Shown in pieces: positions 28,175 through 37,645 of a stretch of DNA of 64,000 nt. The DNA lies in assembly GCA_002347855.1 (NCBI GenBank), contig DDYE01000009.1, positions 90,265 through 154,264 on the forward strand. The letters are read 5' to 3'. The notes below the pieces were generated by a model. That model made no database searches. It worked only from the letters and a program-made list of their open reading frames with translations, and was not told where the DNA came from. Position 1 is the first letter of the stretch. Every line of letters starts with the position of its first letter. Both the position numbers and the translations under genes were made by a program. Source of the stretch: Fidelibacterota bacterium UBA2242 (GTDB lineage: Bacteria; Fidelibacterota; UBA2242).

Positions 28175-28615
28175 CTATTCCTCCAGAGCCTGAATTTTCT
28201 TAATCCGTCTGAGATGACGTTCTTCACCTGAAAAAGAGGTAGTGAGCCATAATTGGAGATATTCTTTGGCTTTTTCTGGTAAAATAAAATCGGCACCGAA
28301 ACAGAGCACATTTGAATCATTATGCTGACGACTTAAAGTGACGACCTGGGGATTGTAGGCAATTGCTGCCCGGACGCCATGTATTTTATTGGCCGATATG
28401 CACATTCCGATGCCAGTGCGGCAAATCAGGACTCCATAATCGGCAGTTCGGGACTGAATAGCAGTACCTACAGCTTGGGCGAAGTCTGGATAATCAACCG
28501 GGTTATCTGAATCGGTGCCTGCATCCAGGACGGTATGCCCGAGCTGCTGGGCAAATGCGCTAAGCTGCTTTTTCAGGTTCACACCACCGTGATCAGCACC
28601 AAAAATGATACGCAT
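28175..28615 (-). CDS. rpiB: Ribose-5-phosphate isomerase B
   Basis: The N-terminus is MRIIFGADHGG, it is RpiB/LacAB sized, and the stop abuts the glyA start. Confidence 0.9.
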   Translation of the reverse strand: MRIIFGADHGGVNLKKQLSAFAQQLGHTVLDAGTDSDNPVDYPDFAQAVGTAIQSRTADYGVLICRTGIGMCISANKIHGVRAAIAYNPQVVTLSRQHNDSNVLCFGADFILPEKAKEYLQLWLTTSFSGEERHLRRIKKIQALEE

Positions 28616-29892
28616 TAATCCTTCTTTGCTTCGGTAGTTATCCAGTTATAGCAGGCTTTATTGGGACGAAAACTTGTGCGACGATTGCCCAGGGCGTCGA
28701 AATTATTGAAAAACCATTCTTCGGTGGTCGGGATGAGGTAGTCTTTCAAATGGTCGATACGATTTTTTACTGAACTATCGCCTAATTCAAGGGCTTTCTT
28801 ATAGTCGTCATAAGCTAATTTATAAACTAATTTGTCTTCGAAAGTCATTTTCTCCGAGCCGATACAATAGTCAGCGGCAGTATAATAGAGATCAGCCCGA
28901 ATTTTATAGGCTTGAGCGCCACCAATGCTAACGGCTTTTTCTGCCCAGGAATAAGCAGCCGGGAAATTGGCGAGTCTGATGTAATTGGTGCAGATTTTCT
29001 GGATGACATCTAAATCACGTGGTGCCAGGTTTTTAGCAATGAATTCCAGGGCATTGATTGCCTCCGGAATGCTGTTCTTATTCTGGTAAAGATCAGCAAG
29101 ATTTTGCCAGGCTTCGAGGTTACGCGAATCGATTTGCGTAACTTTTTGATAAACCTGGATAGCGCGTTCAAAGTCGCGTGCTTGCTTCAAGGCAGTAGCA
29201 TATTCTAAGCCGGAGCGCACGGAAGGCGATTTTTCCCAGTTATCCCGAATAATCTGAATCGGGTCCTTGCCTAATTTCTGATAGGCTAAAATCAGGTCGT
29301 TTTTCGCCTGCTCATCATTCGGACTGATTTTTAAAATTTCGTTGGAGATGTAGACTACATCATTCCAACGCTGATTGGAAAAATACAATTTAGCCAGAGT
29401 GCGATAAAGCTCTATATCATTGGGATTGAGCTCAATCATTTTTTCATATTCGCGAATTTCCAGGTCAATTTTGTTCTGCAAGTGGTATATGTAAGCGATG
29501 TATTTTTTTAAGTACAGATCATTAGGAAGATATTTTTCTCCCTTTAAATAGACAAATAAGGCGCTATCTAAATAAACAGGGTTCTCGGATGCCAACTGTT
29601 GATAGGCTCTACCCCAATAGATGAAAATATCCTGGGCATATTCCTCTTCGCAACCATGATCTATCATTTTTCGATAATTTTCGATGGCGCTCTTCCAGTT
29701 CTGGTTCTGATAATAGCTGTAAGCAAAACTAAGGTAGAGATCGCACTTGGTGTGATCCATAGGTGGTTTAGGGGCAGCTGGAGCGGTTTTTTCGACTGGT
29801 TCCGGCGATGGCGGAACGCAACCGACTAAACCTAAACCCGTTACTAATAAGAGGATAATTAAAAAGTTAAAAACAATCCGACTTTTCATCAA
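28615..29892 (-). CDS. TPR-repeat lipoprotein
   Basis: It has a lipobox (LVGC) and multiple TPR-like repeats. Its stop overlaps the rpiB start. Confidence 0.6.
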   Translation of the reverse strand: MMKSRIVFNFLIILLLVTGLGLVGCVPPSPEPVEKTAPAAPKPPMDHTKCDLYLSFAYSYYQNQNWKSAIENYRKMIDHGCEEEYAQDIFIYWGRAYQQLASENPVYLDSALFVYLKGEKYLPNDLYLKKYIAYIYHLQNKIDLEIREYEKMIELNPNDIELYRTLAKLYFSNQRWNDVVYISNEILKISPNDEQAKNDLILAYQKLGKDPIQIIRDNWEKSPSVRSGLEYATALKQARDFERAIQVYQKVTQIDSRNLEAWQNLADLYQNKNSIPEAINALEFIAKNLAPRDLDVIQKICTNYIRLANFPAAYSWAEKAVSIGGAQAYKIRADLYYTAADYCIGSEKMTFEDKLVYKLAYDDYKKALELGDSSVKNRIDHLKDYLIPTTEEWFFNNFDALGNRRTSFRPNKACYNWITTEAKKD

Positions 29893-29905
29893 TGCACCTC
29901 ACAAA

Positions 29906-31114
29906 TTAGCGTCGTTTATATTTCAAAAACCATAGTTCACCTGTCGTTAACCCGCACGACAAGGTAAAGAATTTTTCATTACTTAAAAAGCCCTTGCGCA
30001 ACCCATAAGTTAAGGCAAAATCAATGCGATTCAAATCATTAAAAATTGGCAACCCGATTCCCGCCGTCAAACCCCTTTCGCTTATCTGAGTACCCGCCCA
30101 ATAGACTGGTTCTGTACGATAATAAAGACCGAAGCGATAGGCAAAGCGGCTGATTTCAGGATGTTTTTCGTCAATAACGGGAGTTAATTCAATGCCGACT
30201 CCAATATACTGAGCATTTTGCCATTTAACAGGAGTGAAGAGGTAGAAATCTTGGAAAACTGAGTGATCGGTGTAGGTATAATGCCACTCGAGATTCAACC
30301 GCAAGAAATTAGAGAACTTATTGGTCAGAGCCAGGCGCAGAGTGCCGGGATAGGCGAGTGGCCGGGATGGAGCGGTGGTATCGGGACCATAAGAATAGTC
30401 AATGCTTTTTTGGTAAGAAAATTTTAGATTTTTATCAAAAGTGAATGCCATAGTAAGATGGGTTCGCGGTACATTCCACAGGCTGCCGACTTCTAATGAA
30501 GTGCCCTTTACAACCGAGTTCATCTGCCAGTAGCTATAGACCTTGTTGGTGCCACTTAAGGTCGTATTGTAATTGACGACATAATTGCCCAAAAGGAAGC
30601 GCGCTTTTGCTCCCAAGTTTAGATAAGGTGATAAGCGAAAGCCTCCGCCCAGAAAAAATTCCGAAATGCCACCTGTTAGGAGCAAATCAGATTGACTGCT
30701 GATTTTAATGCCATCAAAAAGCAAGGTATCTATAAAAGTGCGATTAGCGTCCATCCGCGTAACGGGATTTAATCCCAAGCCAATGCCGATCTTTTTACCA
30801 ATCGGGAACTTGAAGGCAAAACCAACGAAACGCCCGAAGTTAGTAGTGTAATCGAGGTTGGGAACGGCAATGTTAGAGAAGTACATTTGCCCCTGCAGCG
30901 AGGTGCTCACAAAATTAGTCCAGAGAGCAGGATTGACGCTATTGAGACTGATGGAATCAGGAAGAGCAGCACCGGTCAAACCCAGACCAAGCGAACGCAC
31001 TGGCTGAACCGGAGACGCAATACCGAAGCCGTACATCGAATAATGCGAAAACTGACCTAATGCCGGTAAAGCAATTAAGCCAATGGCGGTGACTATGGCA
31101 AATATTCGTTTCAT
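29906..31114 (-). CDS. Outer-membrane beta-barrel, second PorV/FadL-like paralog
   Basis: It has a signal peptide (ALPALGQ) and an N-terminal VRSLGLGLTGAAL...NPALW motif like the 24791–26014 protein, with an alternating β-strand pattern. Confidence 0.45.
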   Translation of the reverse strand: MKRIFAIVTAIGLIALPALGQFSHYSMYGFGIASPVQPVRSLGLGLTGAALPDSISLNSVNPALWTNFVSTSLQGQMYFSNIAVPNLDYTTNFGRFVGFAFKFPIGKKIGIGLGLNPVTRMDANRTFIDTLLFDGIKISSQSDLLLTGGISEFFLGGGFRLSPYLNLGAKARFLLGNYVVNYNTTLSGTNKVYSYWQMNSVVKGTSLEVGSLWNVPRTHLTMAFTFDKNLKFSYQKSIDYSYGPDTTAPSRPLAYPGTLRLALTNKFSNFLRLNLEWHYTYTDHSVFQDFYLFTPVKWQNAQYIGVGIELTPVIDEKHPEISRFAYRFGLYYRTEPVYWAGTQISERGLTAGIGLPIFNDLNRIDFALTYGLRKGFLSNEKFFTLSCGLTTGELWFLKYKRR

Positions 31115-32352
31115 CGTTCTTTCATTAAAAATAGTTTGAGATAAGGCTGCCTGGCGGAATCTGCTGTAGTATAAAGGCTATAGAGAATGGGATTGTAAGA
31201 TGATGGCGCTAACCAGATTACAAAACCGAAATTTTTAGAATAACCACTGGTAATATTCTGAATTGTCCTCGGCAAATTCATTTTTAATATTTGACTACCT
31301 GCTGTAAGAGTGTGGCTCGCCTCATAGGTGCTTGGGGTAGTAAAATCAGAGGCGTTCCAGGCGGTCGAATCCAACATGTTCAGGTAAACCGTAATACTTT
31401 TATTGTAAGACATAGATAAAGAAGAGTCAATATAGAGATACAAATTAGCATCGCCGACGACCCAGTTTTTATCAATATTTAACTCATCGAGATTAACTTT
31501 CAGGAAAGCGTAGCCTGTTAAACCTGCCGAAAGTACCAGTCGCTGATTGTTAATTTTGGCTGAGTTGTATTTCAAGATTGCGACATCGTTGGTTGCCGCG
31601 ATAGTCCGCGTGAGAGTGTCGCCCTGGTAAATGTACTGAACAATGAGAGTGGGAGCGTAAACGGTACTGCGGGTATAGATACAACCGATGGCGGTTTCGG
31701 TCTGATTAGCAGTCTGGAGAATCAACCCGTAATTAGTTTTGCTCGTATCCAGCCAGTCATTAATCATTGCTTTGGCAAAATTAGTGATGTCGAGCTGGAC
31801 GGTATCTGATATTTGGAAATCGAATTCTGTAAAAGGTGTTACCCGGTATGAGGTTAAATCGAAATTCTTATCGGAAACACTATCTTCTTCCCAATTGGGT
31901 GCTGCATTAGATTGGAGCAGTCCAATTTTTATAGTTGGATTTAGCACCTGGTTGGTGTCGGTTGCTAAACTGGTGGCAGTATAAAGATTCAAGGTACAAC
32001 TCAGGAGGGTGTCGAGAGTGTCAGGCAGTAGACTAAGATTGGAAAAGCGCAATAAAGAATAAGCGGTCACCCACTCGTTTTGTCCAACATAAAGATAGAA
32101 GTAGCTGCCTAATTTGCCGGGGACAATTAAATTGCGGGTCTGAATCAGACTTGCCGGTACGACTAGAGTATCAAAATATGCCAGAGGCTGGTCGTACGGA
32201 AGTGTCGGTAATTTTTCCTCACAACCGCTGCTAATTATCAGCATTAGTCCCACCACGATAAATATTAAAAGGTGGTGTGGTGGGTTAGAAGTTGCCTGCG
32301 CGAGTTGGTTAAAGCGAGCTTTACATGCGTTCCATGAGTGCGATAATTTCAT
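31111..32352 (-). CDS. Lipoprotein of unknown function (DUF4270-like)
   Basis: The lipobox is ISSGC. Its size and its position next to a short glycogen-synthase-like gene match the conserved Bacteroidota pair (from memory). It overlaps the downstream gene by 4 nt. Confidence 0.4.
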   Translation of the reverse strand: MKLSHSWNACKARFNQLAQATSNPPHHLLIFIVVGLMLIISSGCEEKLPTLPYDQPLAYFDTLVVPASLIQTRNLIVPGKLGSYFYLYVGQNEWVTAYSLLRFSNLSLLPDTLDTLLSCTLNLYTATSLATDTNQVLNPTIKIGLLQSNAAPNWEEDSVSDKNFDLTSYRVTPFTEFDFQISDTVQLDITNFAKAMINDWLDTSKTNYGLILQTANQTETAIGCIYTRSTVYAPTLIVQYIYQGDTLTRTIAATNDVAILKYNSAKINNQRLVLSAGLTGYAFLKVNLDELNIDKNWVVGDANLYLYIDSSLSMSYNKSITVYLNMLDSTAWNASDFTTPSTYEASHTLTAGSQILKMNLPRTIQNITSGYSKNFGFVIWLAPSSYNPILYSLYTTADSARQPYLKLFLMKER

Positions 32353-33163
32353 CTGCTAATTTCTGCCAATCTTCTGGTTCATTACCGGTTAAGTTATAAA
32401 TCGAATATTTTTTCTTGTCTCGTTTTAAAATTTCAGTGAAGTGAGCATCTTGCTGAAAGGCATCCCATATATTTTCTTTATGATTAATAAATAGAGTGTG
32501 ATGGCAGAAAGGTAGCGCTGCCGCCAGGCAATCAATCGTCTCATTAGTAGAAGCAGGGTTCAAATTGTTAATTCCAATAGCTTCATATTCTGAGCGACGG
32601 TACAAAGCATGCTCTGATTTGGAATGCACAATCTGTAGGATTTTGACTCCATCTAAATAATCAGGATTGAGTTGCCCGGAGTTAATCAGGAGAGGAATCA
32701 GACTCATCTGCCAGTCGTTACAGATAATGACTTCTGGTTTCCAGCGTAAATAATTGAGGGTGACCAATGCGGCGGTAGCAAAATATCCGAAGCGAGAAGC
32801 ATTATTTTGCTCAGCATTGGAAGGCTCATTGTAGTAGAGGTTATTATCGGGCAAGTTGAAATAGAGATTATGCTCTAAGAAATAGACCTGCACCTTAGTA
32901 TTGGGGATAAAGGCGGATTTAACTGCGGCTTTCACCGGTTGATTTTTGTACAACAAATCCATTTCGCGCAGGCGGATGACTTCGCGCAAAATATAGCGCC
33001 GCTCGCTGATGAAATTGTACTTGGGCATCATCAAGCGGAAGTCATATTTACGCTCATTAAAGATGATGGAAATTTCTTTGGAGAAGGTCGCAAGAGAATA
33101 AGTCTCAGCAAAGGGTACGATTTCAGAGGTGAGAAAATAGATTCTTTTTATCATAGTAGTCAT
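32321..33163 (-). CDS. Truncated glycogen/starch synthase-like protein (GT5 N-domain only, degenerate KTGGL)
   Basis: Its N-terminus IYFLTSEIVPFAETYSLATF corresponds to GlgA's FV.SE..PFAKTGGLADV, with KTGGL changed to ETYSL. It is about 280 aa and lacks the C-terminal GT-B half. Its ATG overlaps the upstream TGA as ATGA. Confidence 0.55.
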   Translation of the reverse strand: MTTMIKRIYFLTSEIVPFAETYSLATFSKEISIIFNERKYDFRLMMPKYNFISERRYILREVIRLREMDLLYKNQPVKAAVKSAFIPNTKVQVYFLEHNLYFNLPDNNLYYNEPSNAEQNNASRFGYFATAALVTLNYLRWKPEVIICNDWQMSLIPLLINSGQLNPDYLDGVKILQIVHSKSEHALYRRSEYEAIGINNLNPASTNETIDCLAAALPFCHHTLFINHKENIWDAFQQDAHFTEILKRDKKKYSIYNLTGNEPEDWQKLADEIIALMERM

Positions 33164-34041
33164 TTCATTAGTTGTTTAGCATTTTCCACGAATTCACTCT
33201 GCGGATAGGTTTCAATTAAGGTTTTAAATTCAGCGCGGGCACGTTCCTGGTTGCCGAGTTGACGATAACATAGACCCAGTTTATACTGAGCATCATCACC
33301 TTTATCTGTATTTGGAAAAGAGCGTACTTTTTCAAATTCAATGATGGCGCGTTGATATTGTTTCATGGAGTAGTAACATTCTCCCATCCAATATTGGGCA
33401 TTGTCGGCTAATTCATTGCTACGATCTTCAGCGATGAGTCGGCGAAACTGCTCGGCAGCTTCTTCGTGATGACCATTTTGGTGGAGGGCAAGGGCATTGA
33501 GGTAGCGTTCGCGAAATGAAGCCGGAAGGTTGGTAGGTGTACGGTTGTCTTTGAGGCTCATGCTATTGAATTCTGAGAGGCTATTGCTAAGGGAGACGAT
33601 GCGATTCTCGAGAATGACCAGCTGGGATAGGATTTCAAAATTGATGCTGTCGGCGTAAGTGGCGCGCTTTTCGGCGATAGCCATGCGGTTCTGGAGTCTA
33701 TTGATTTCGTTATTGAGAGATTTCAAGCCGATTTCCAGATTGCCGATGGTCTTTTGCAAATTATCGACTTGTTTTTTTAATTCGATCTGGATCGAGTCAG
33801 AAGCTTTGCTGCTTGCCAGTTGGCGAGCAGAAGCATTAGCAAGGTTGATGACGGCATTGAGCTTATTTTTCAGGTTGGCGATTTCCTTATCCAATTGGTC
33901 GAATTTCTGGGCAATCTCTGCATTCGATAGTTTGGTATCAGCGGGTGAGTTAGCATAGCCAGGCAAAGCATTGGCAATTATTAAACTCAGCCCGATGAGT
34001 GCATAACTAATTAATTTGATGTGTCTCATAATATTATTCAT
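33160..34041 (-). CDS. CpoB/YbgF-like periplasmic protein (coiled coil + C-terminal TPR)
   Basis: It has a signal peptide, a long heptad-rich middle (LQKTIGNLEIGLKSLNNEINRLQNRM) and C-terminal TPRs (YWMGECYYSMKQYQRAIIEFEKV). Confidence 0.55.
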   Translation of the reverse strand: MNNIMRHIKLISYALIGLSLIIANALPGYANSPADTKLSNAEIAQKFDQLDKEIANLKNKLNAVINLANASARQLASSKASDSIQIELKKQVDNLQKTIGNLEIGLKSLNNEINRLQNRMAIAEKRATYADSINFEILSQLVILENRIVSLSNSLSEFNSMSLKDNRTPTNLPASFRERYLNALALHQNGHHEEAAEQFRRLIAEDRSNELADNAQYWMGECYYSMKQYQRAIIEFEKVRSFPNTDKGDDAQYKLGLCYRQLGNQERARAEFKTLIETYPQSEFVENAKQLMK

Positions 34042-34126
34042 ATAGACGACTGTTCACATTTGTTGTTTAAAGCTAAGCAATTTAACGGTAAAATAAAACT
34101 AAAATTTAGAAGCGGGAGTGAGGGAA

Positions 34127-35377
34127 CTAATATTGTTTACCACCTGCAATATTTAGAATCAAGCCCAGCAAAATAAAGCAGGTTATGATAAATGAACCGC
34201 CATAACTGAAAAAAGGCAGCGGTAAGCCCGTAACCGGCATTAAGCCAATTGTCATTGCCACATTGATTGCGACATGAATGAAAATAATACTAGCAGCACC
34301 GACGATAACAAGGGCGCAGAAGCGGTCTTTAAGGCGATAAGCAGTATAAAAACATAACAGTAAAAAGGCAAGGAATAAAACCAGAATAAATACTACTCCC
34401 ACAAAACCATACTCTTCACCAATTACTGAGAAGATAAAATCAGTATGTCCTTCCGGTAAAAATTTTAAGTGGGTCTGAGTACCATGCCCGATTCCCTTGC
34501 CGAAAAGACCGCCAGAACCAATGGCAATCTTCGATTGAATTATTTGATAGCCAGAACCCTGCGGATCTGCTTCGACATTAAATAGGGTGAGGATGCGTTC
34601 CTGTTGATAGGGTTTGAGATGATTCCAGATTAGGGGTGTCGCCGAACCCAATACTAAATTGAGCAAAAAAACAGTTAGGGAAACCCACAATTTTTCATGA
34701 GTGAGGTAGAGTATCGTGATGATTATGATAATCCAGACGAAATAAGTGTAAAAGTTGAAAGCAGTTACAATACTGAGGACGGGGGCAATGATGATAAACA
34801 GATGAAATAGACGAGCGCCTGCCCAAAATAGCATCGGGAAAAGTAACCCAAAATAAACAATTGATGTGCCTAAATCGGGTTGCTTTAAAACAATGACCAT
34901 CGGAGTCAGAGCAAAAAAGAGAGGGAAAAGTAGTGCTTTGAAATCAAGAATAGAATAAGGTGTGGTAGCCAGATATTTGGCAATGGCTAACATTACCAAG
35001 ACCTTCATGAACTCCGAAGGTTGGACGCCAAAGGAACCGATACCAATCCAGCGAGCTGTGCCTCCGATGCGCGCACCCAAAAAGTAGGGCAGGATAAGGA
35101 AAATCAAGCCAAGACCATATAGAAAATATGTTGAGACGAAGATTATTTTTTGATTTAAATAATAGATTATCGCCGCTACTCCTGATCCAACCAGCACCCA
35201 AAGTATTTGCCGTCCAATAGGTCGGCGGAAAAAGGGCTGTGGGTCGAAAAGCGAGGCGCTGTAAAGGGTGATGAGCCCGGCAAGACATAATATGGCTACT
35301 ATCACCAGAATGATAGTATGCGTGTCGGAAAGAGAATCAGTAATTTTTTTAATTGTGCGGATATAGCGGTTCAGCAT
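34127..35377 (-). CDS. rodA: Rod shape-determining protein RodA (SEDS family)
   Basis: It is a polytopic FtsW/RodA family protein (QPSEFMK, GSGG.FGKG motifs) and sits next to mrdA and mreBCD. Confidence 0.85.
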   Translation of the reverse strand: MLNRYIRTIKKITDSLSDTHTIILVIVAILCLAGLITLYSASLFDPQPFFRRPIGRQILWVLVGSGVAAIIYYLNQKIIFVSTYFLYGLGLIFLILPYFLGARIGGTARWIGIGSFGVQPSEFMKVLVMLAIAKYLATTPYSILDFKALLFPLFFALTPMVIVLKQPDLGTSIVYFGLLFPMLFWAGARLFHLFIIIAPVLSIVTAFNFYTYFVWIIIIITILYLTHEKLWVSLTVFLLNLVLGSATPLIWNHLKPYQQERILTLFNVEADPQGSGYQIIQSKIAIGSGGLFGKGIGHGTQTHLKFLPEGHTDFIFSVIGEEYGFVGVVFILVLFLAFLLLCFYTAYRLKDRFCALVIVGAASIIFIHVAINVAMTIGLMPVTGLPLPFFSYGGSFIITCFILLGLILNIAGGKQY

Positions 35378-37163
35378 TGGCGGCTACCAATTGAATGCGG
35401 GATTGTTGGTGCAGAAAGTTGAAGATTTTTCCGGCAATTTGGGCAGCGATACCGCCTCCCGATTTGCCATGCTCGATGAGGATTGCCAGGGCAATCGTCT
35501 GCTGGGGTTCTTTGAGATATCCGATAAACCAGGCATGCGCTTCGCCGTGCGGGTTTTGGGCGGTACCCGTCTTGCCACCCACGAGAGCACCTTTGACTTT
35601 AGCAGCCCGCCCGGTTCCCATTTCGACCACATCGAACATAGCTTGTTCCAGGAATTCCCAGCTGGATGAAGAGATACTACTGATAGAATCACTCTTGAAT
35701 TCAAAACTAATCATCTGGTCACTTTTTTTATCGAAATATTTCAAACCGACATGGGGTTGAACAAGTTTGCCGCGGGTCGCAAGAGCAGCACAGAACCGTG
35801 CCATCTGGATTGGAGTCGTCAGGACATCACCCTGTCCGATGACCAGATTTAGTTTATTGCCATCGGTCCAGCCATTTTCGCCATATTTCTTGTTTAGAAA
35901 GGCGACATCGGGTAAGACACCGGGTGATTCACTGGGTAAATCTATATTGGTTACTTTGCCAAATTGAAAGAGTTTAGCCATATTTGCCCAGTCGTCCAGC
36001 TCTTCGTGGCGGATAAGATTATAAAAATAGACATTACAGGAATGGACAATGGCGTCGTGCAAGTTCATCCGTCCATGCCCTTTGGCTTCCCAGCATTTGA
36101 AAATCCGACGCCCAAGGCGGTATTGACCGGTACAGAAAACCGACCAATTCGGCTCTACCGCCTTTTTTCCCAGGGCAGTAAGTACAGCTACAATTTTAAA
36201 GGTTGAACCCGGAGGATAAGTGCCCTGAGTAGCACGATTATAGAGCGGCTGGTCAGGGTCAGTGCGCAATTTATTCCAGAGTTCAGCGGATATTACTCCC
36301 GAAAAAACTTCCGGTGGATAATCAGGCTTACTTACCATTGATAATATTTCGCCAGTATTGGCATCTAAAACGATCGCGGCACCCTTTCGGTTTTCCATTA
36401 ACGATTCCACCAGCAGTTGTAAGTCGCGGTCAATGGTCAGATAAAGGTCATTGCCTGGTTGCGGCGGCAAGTTTTGACGATCTCGCAGACGACCAATTTC
36501 TCGCCCAAGCGCATCTACCTGGATATAAGTGTACCCGCGTATGCCTCGCAAGATGGATTCATATTGGCGTTCTACGCCTCGCCAACCAATCAAATCCTCC
36601 TTTTTATAACCCAGTCCTTCGACCCGCAGTAAGTCGTCCTTACCAATTTCCCGGACATAACCTAAAACCTGTGATAAATGCACTCCTGAGGGGCTGTACC
36701 GAATCGGTTCAATCGAATAATATACTCCCGGCAAATCAATTTTGTGTTCTTCCAGTGTCATAAGGGTTGCCAAATCAACATCAGCGGCAACCTTGATAGG
36801 GACAAATTGTCCACGCCAGTTATTTTTTATGCGTTGTGATAATTGTTCCCGAGCCAATTTTAAGATGCAGGCTAAGTTTGAGTCAGTATTGGGCGTATGG
36901 CTCAATTCAAAGGGAATGACATTGATGTTATATTGCGATTTATTGTCGAGTAATATCAATCCATTGCGGTCGTAAATAATACCTCGCGGGGCTTCAATCG
37001 GTACTAAGCGTACCCGATTAGCTTCAGCAATATCCCGATAACGAGGCCCCTTCACAATCTGGAGATAATAAAGTCGTCCGACTAAAACAATAAAAGTCAA
37101 GACAATGATGCCCAGGATGGTGTTTTTTCGGATGCTTGTGATATGATTGGTCGAAATATACAT
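35349..37163 (-). CDS. mrdA: Penicillin-binding protein 2
   Basis: The transpeptidase motifs STFK, SCN and KTGT are present, with a PBP dimerisation domain. Confidence 0.9.
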   Translation of the reverse strand: MYISTNHITSIRKNTILGIIVLTFIVLVGRLYYLQIVKGPRYRDIAEANRVRLVPIEAPRGIIYDRNGLILLDNKSQYNINVIPFELSHTPNTDSNLACILKLAREQLSQRIKNNWRGQFVPIKVAADVDLATLMTLEEHKIDLPGVYYSIEPIRYSPSGVHLSQVLGYVREIGKDDLLRVEGLGYKKEDLIGWRGVERQYESILRGIRGYTYIQVDALGREIGRLRDRQNLPPQPGNDLYLTIDRDLQLLVESLMENRKGAAIVLDANTGEILSMVSKPDYPPEVFSGVISAELWNKLRTDPDQPLYNRATQGTYPPGSTFKIVAVLTALGKKAVEPNWSVFCTGQYRLGRRIFKCWEAKGHGRMNLHDAIVHSCNVYFYNLIRHEELDDWANMAKLFQFGKVTNIDLPSESPGVLPDVAFLNKKYGENGWTDGNKLNLVIGQGDVLTTPIQMARFCAALATRGKLVQPHVGLKYFDKKSDQMISFEFKSDSISSISSSSWEFLEQAMFDVVEMGTGRAAKVKGALVGGKTGTAQNPHGEAHAWFIGYLKEPQQTIALAILIEHGKSGGGIAAQIAGKIFNFLHQQSRIQLVAANAEPLYPHN

Positions 37164-37165
37164 GA

Positions 37166-37645
37166 CTAATCGGGTTCCAGCGCCGCAAAATGTTTTATCA
37201 GATAATAGAATATGATGGTGTAAAGACTGGAAGGAAGAATGTAGCGGAGAAATATGTACTGGTACGATAAATCGCTATTTTTAAAATTTATCAGGAAAAT
37301 GATGCTAAAGTGCATAATGATTATTAAAACCTCGGAGCCATATAGTAAAAAGGGATTCCAGCGCCGCTGCTTTTTCCTTAATAGACCGGCACAGAAACCA
37401 GCGATAGTCTTTGCCAATGCCGATAACCCGAGAAAAGACCCAATGCCTACACCGTCAACCAATAAACCGCTGCCAAAACCGAATAGTTGTCCCGCTACTT
37501 TGCCCTGTAGCCGTCCGACAAATAGCACTAAAATCAGCATGAAGTCGGGACGTATATCACGAATACTAAGCCACGGTCCAACCAGAATCTGGATTAACAA
37601 AATCAACAGAGTAAATGCAACTATTATGAGGGTTTTACGAACCAT
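37166..37645 (-). CDS. mreD: Rod shape-determining protein MreD
   Basis: It is a small polytopic membrane protein lying between mreC and mrdA. Confidence 0.65.
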   Translation of the reverse strand: MVRKTLIIVAFTLLILLIQILVGPWLSIRDIRPDFMLILVLFVGRLQGKVAGQLFGFGSGLLVDGVGIGSFLGLSALAKTIAGFCAGLLRKKQRRWNPFLLYGSEVLIIIMHFSIIFLINFKNSDLSYQYIFLRYILPSSLYTIIFYYLIKHFAALEPD

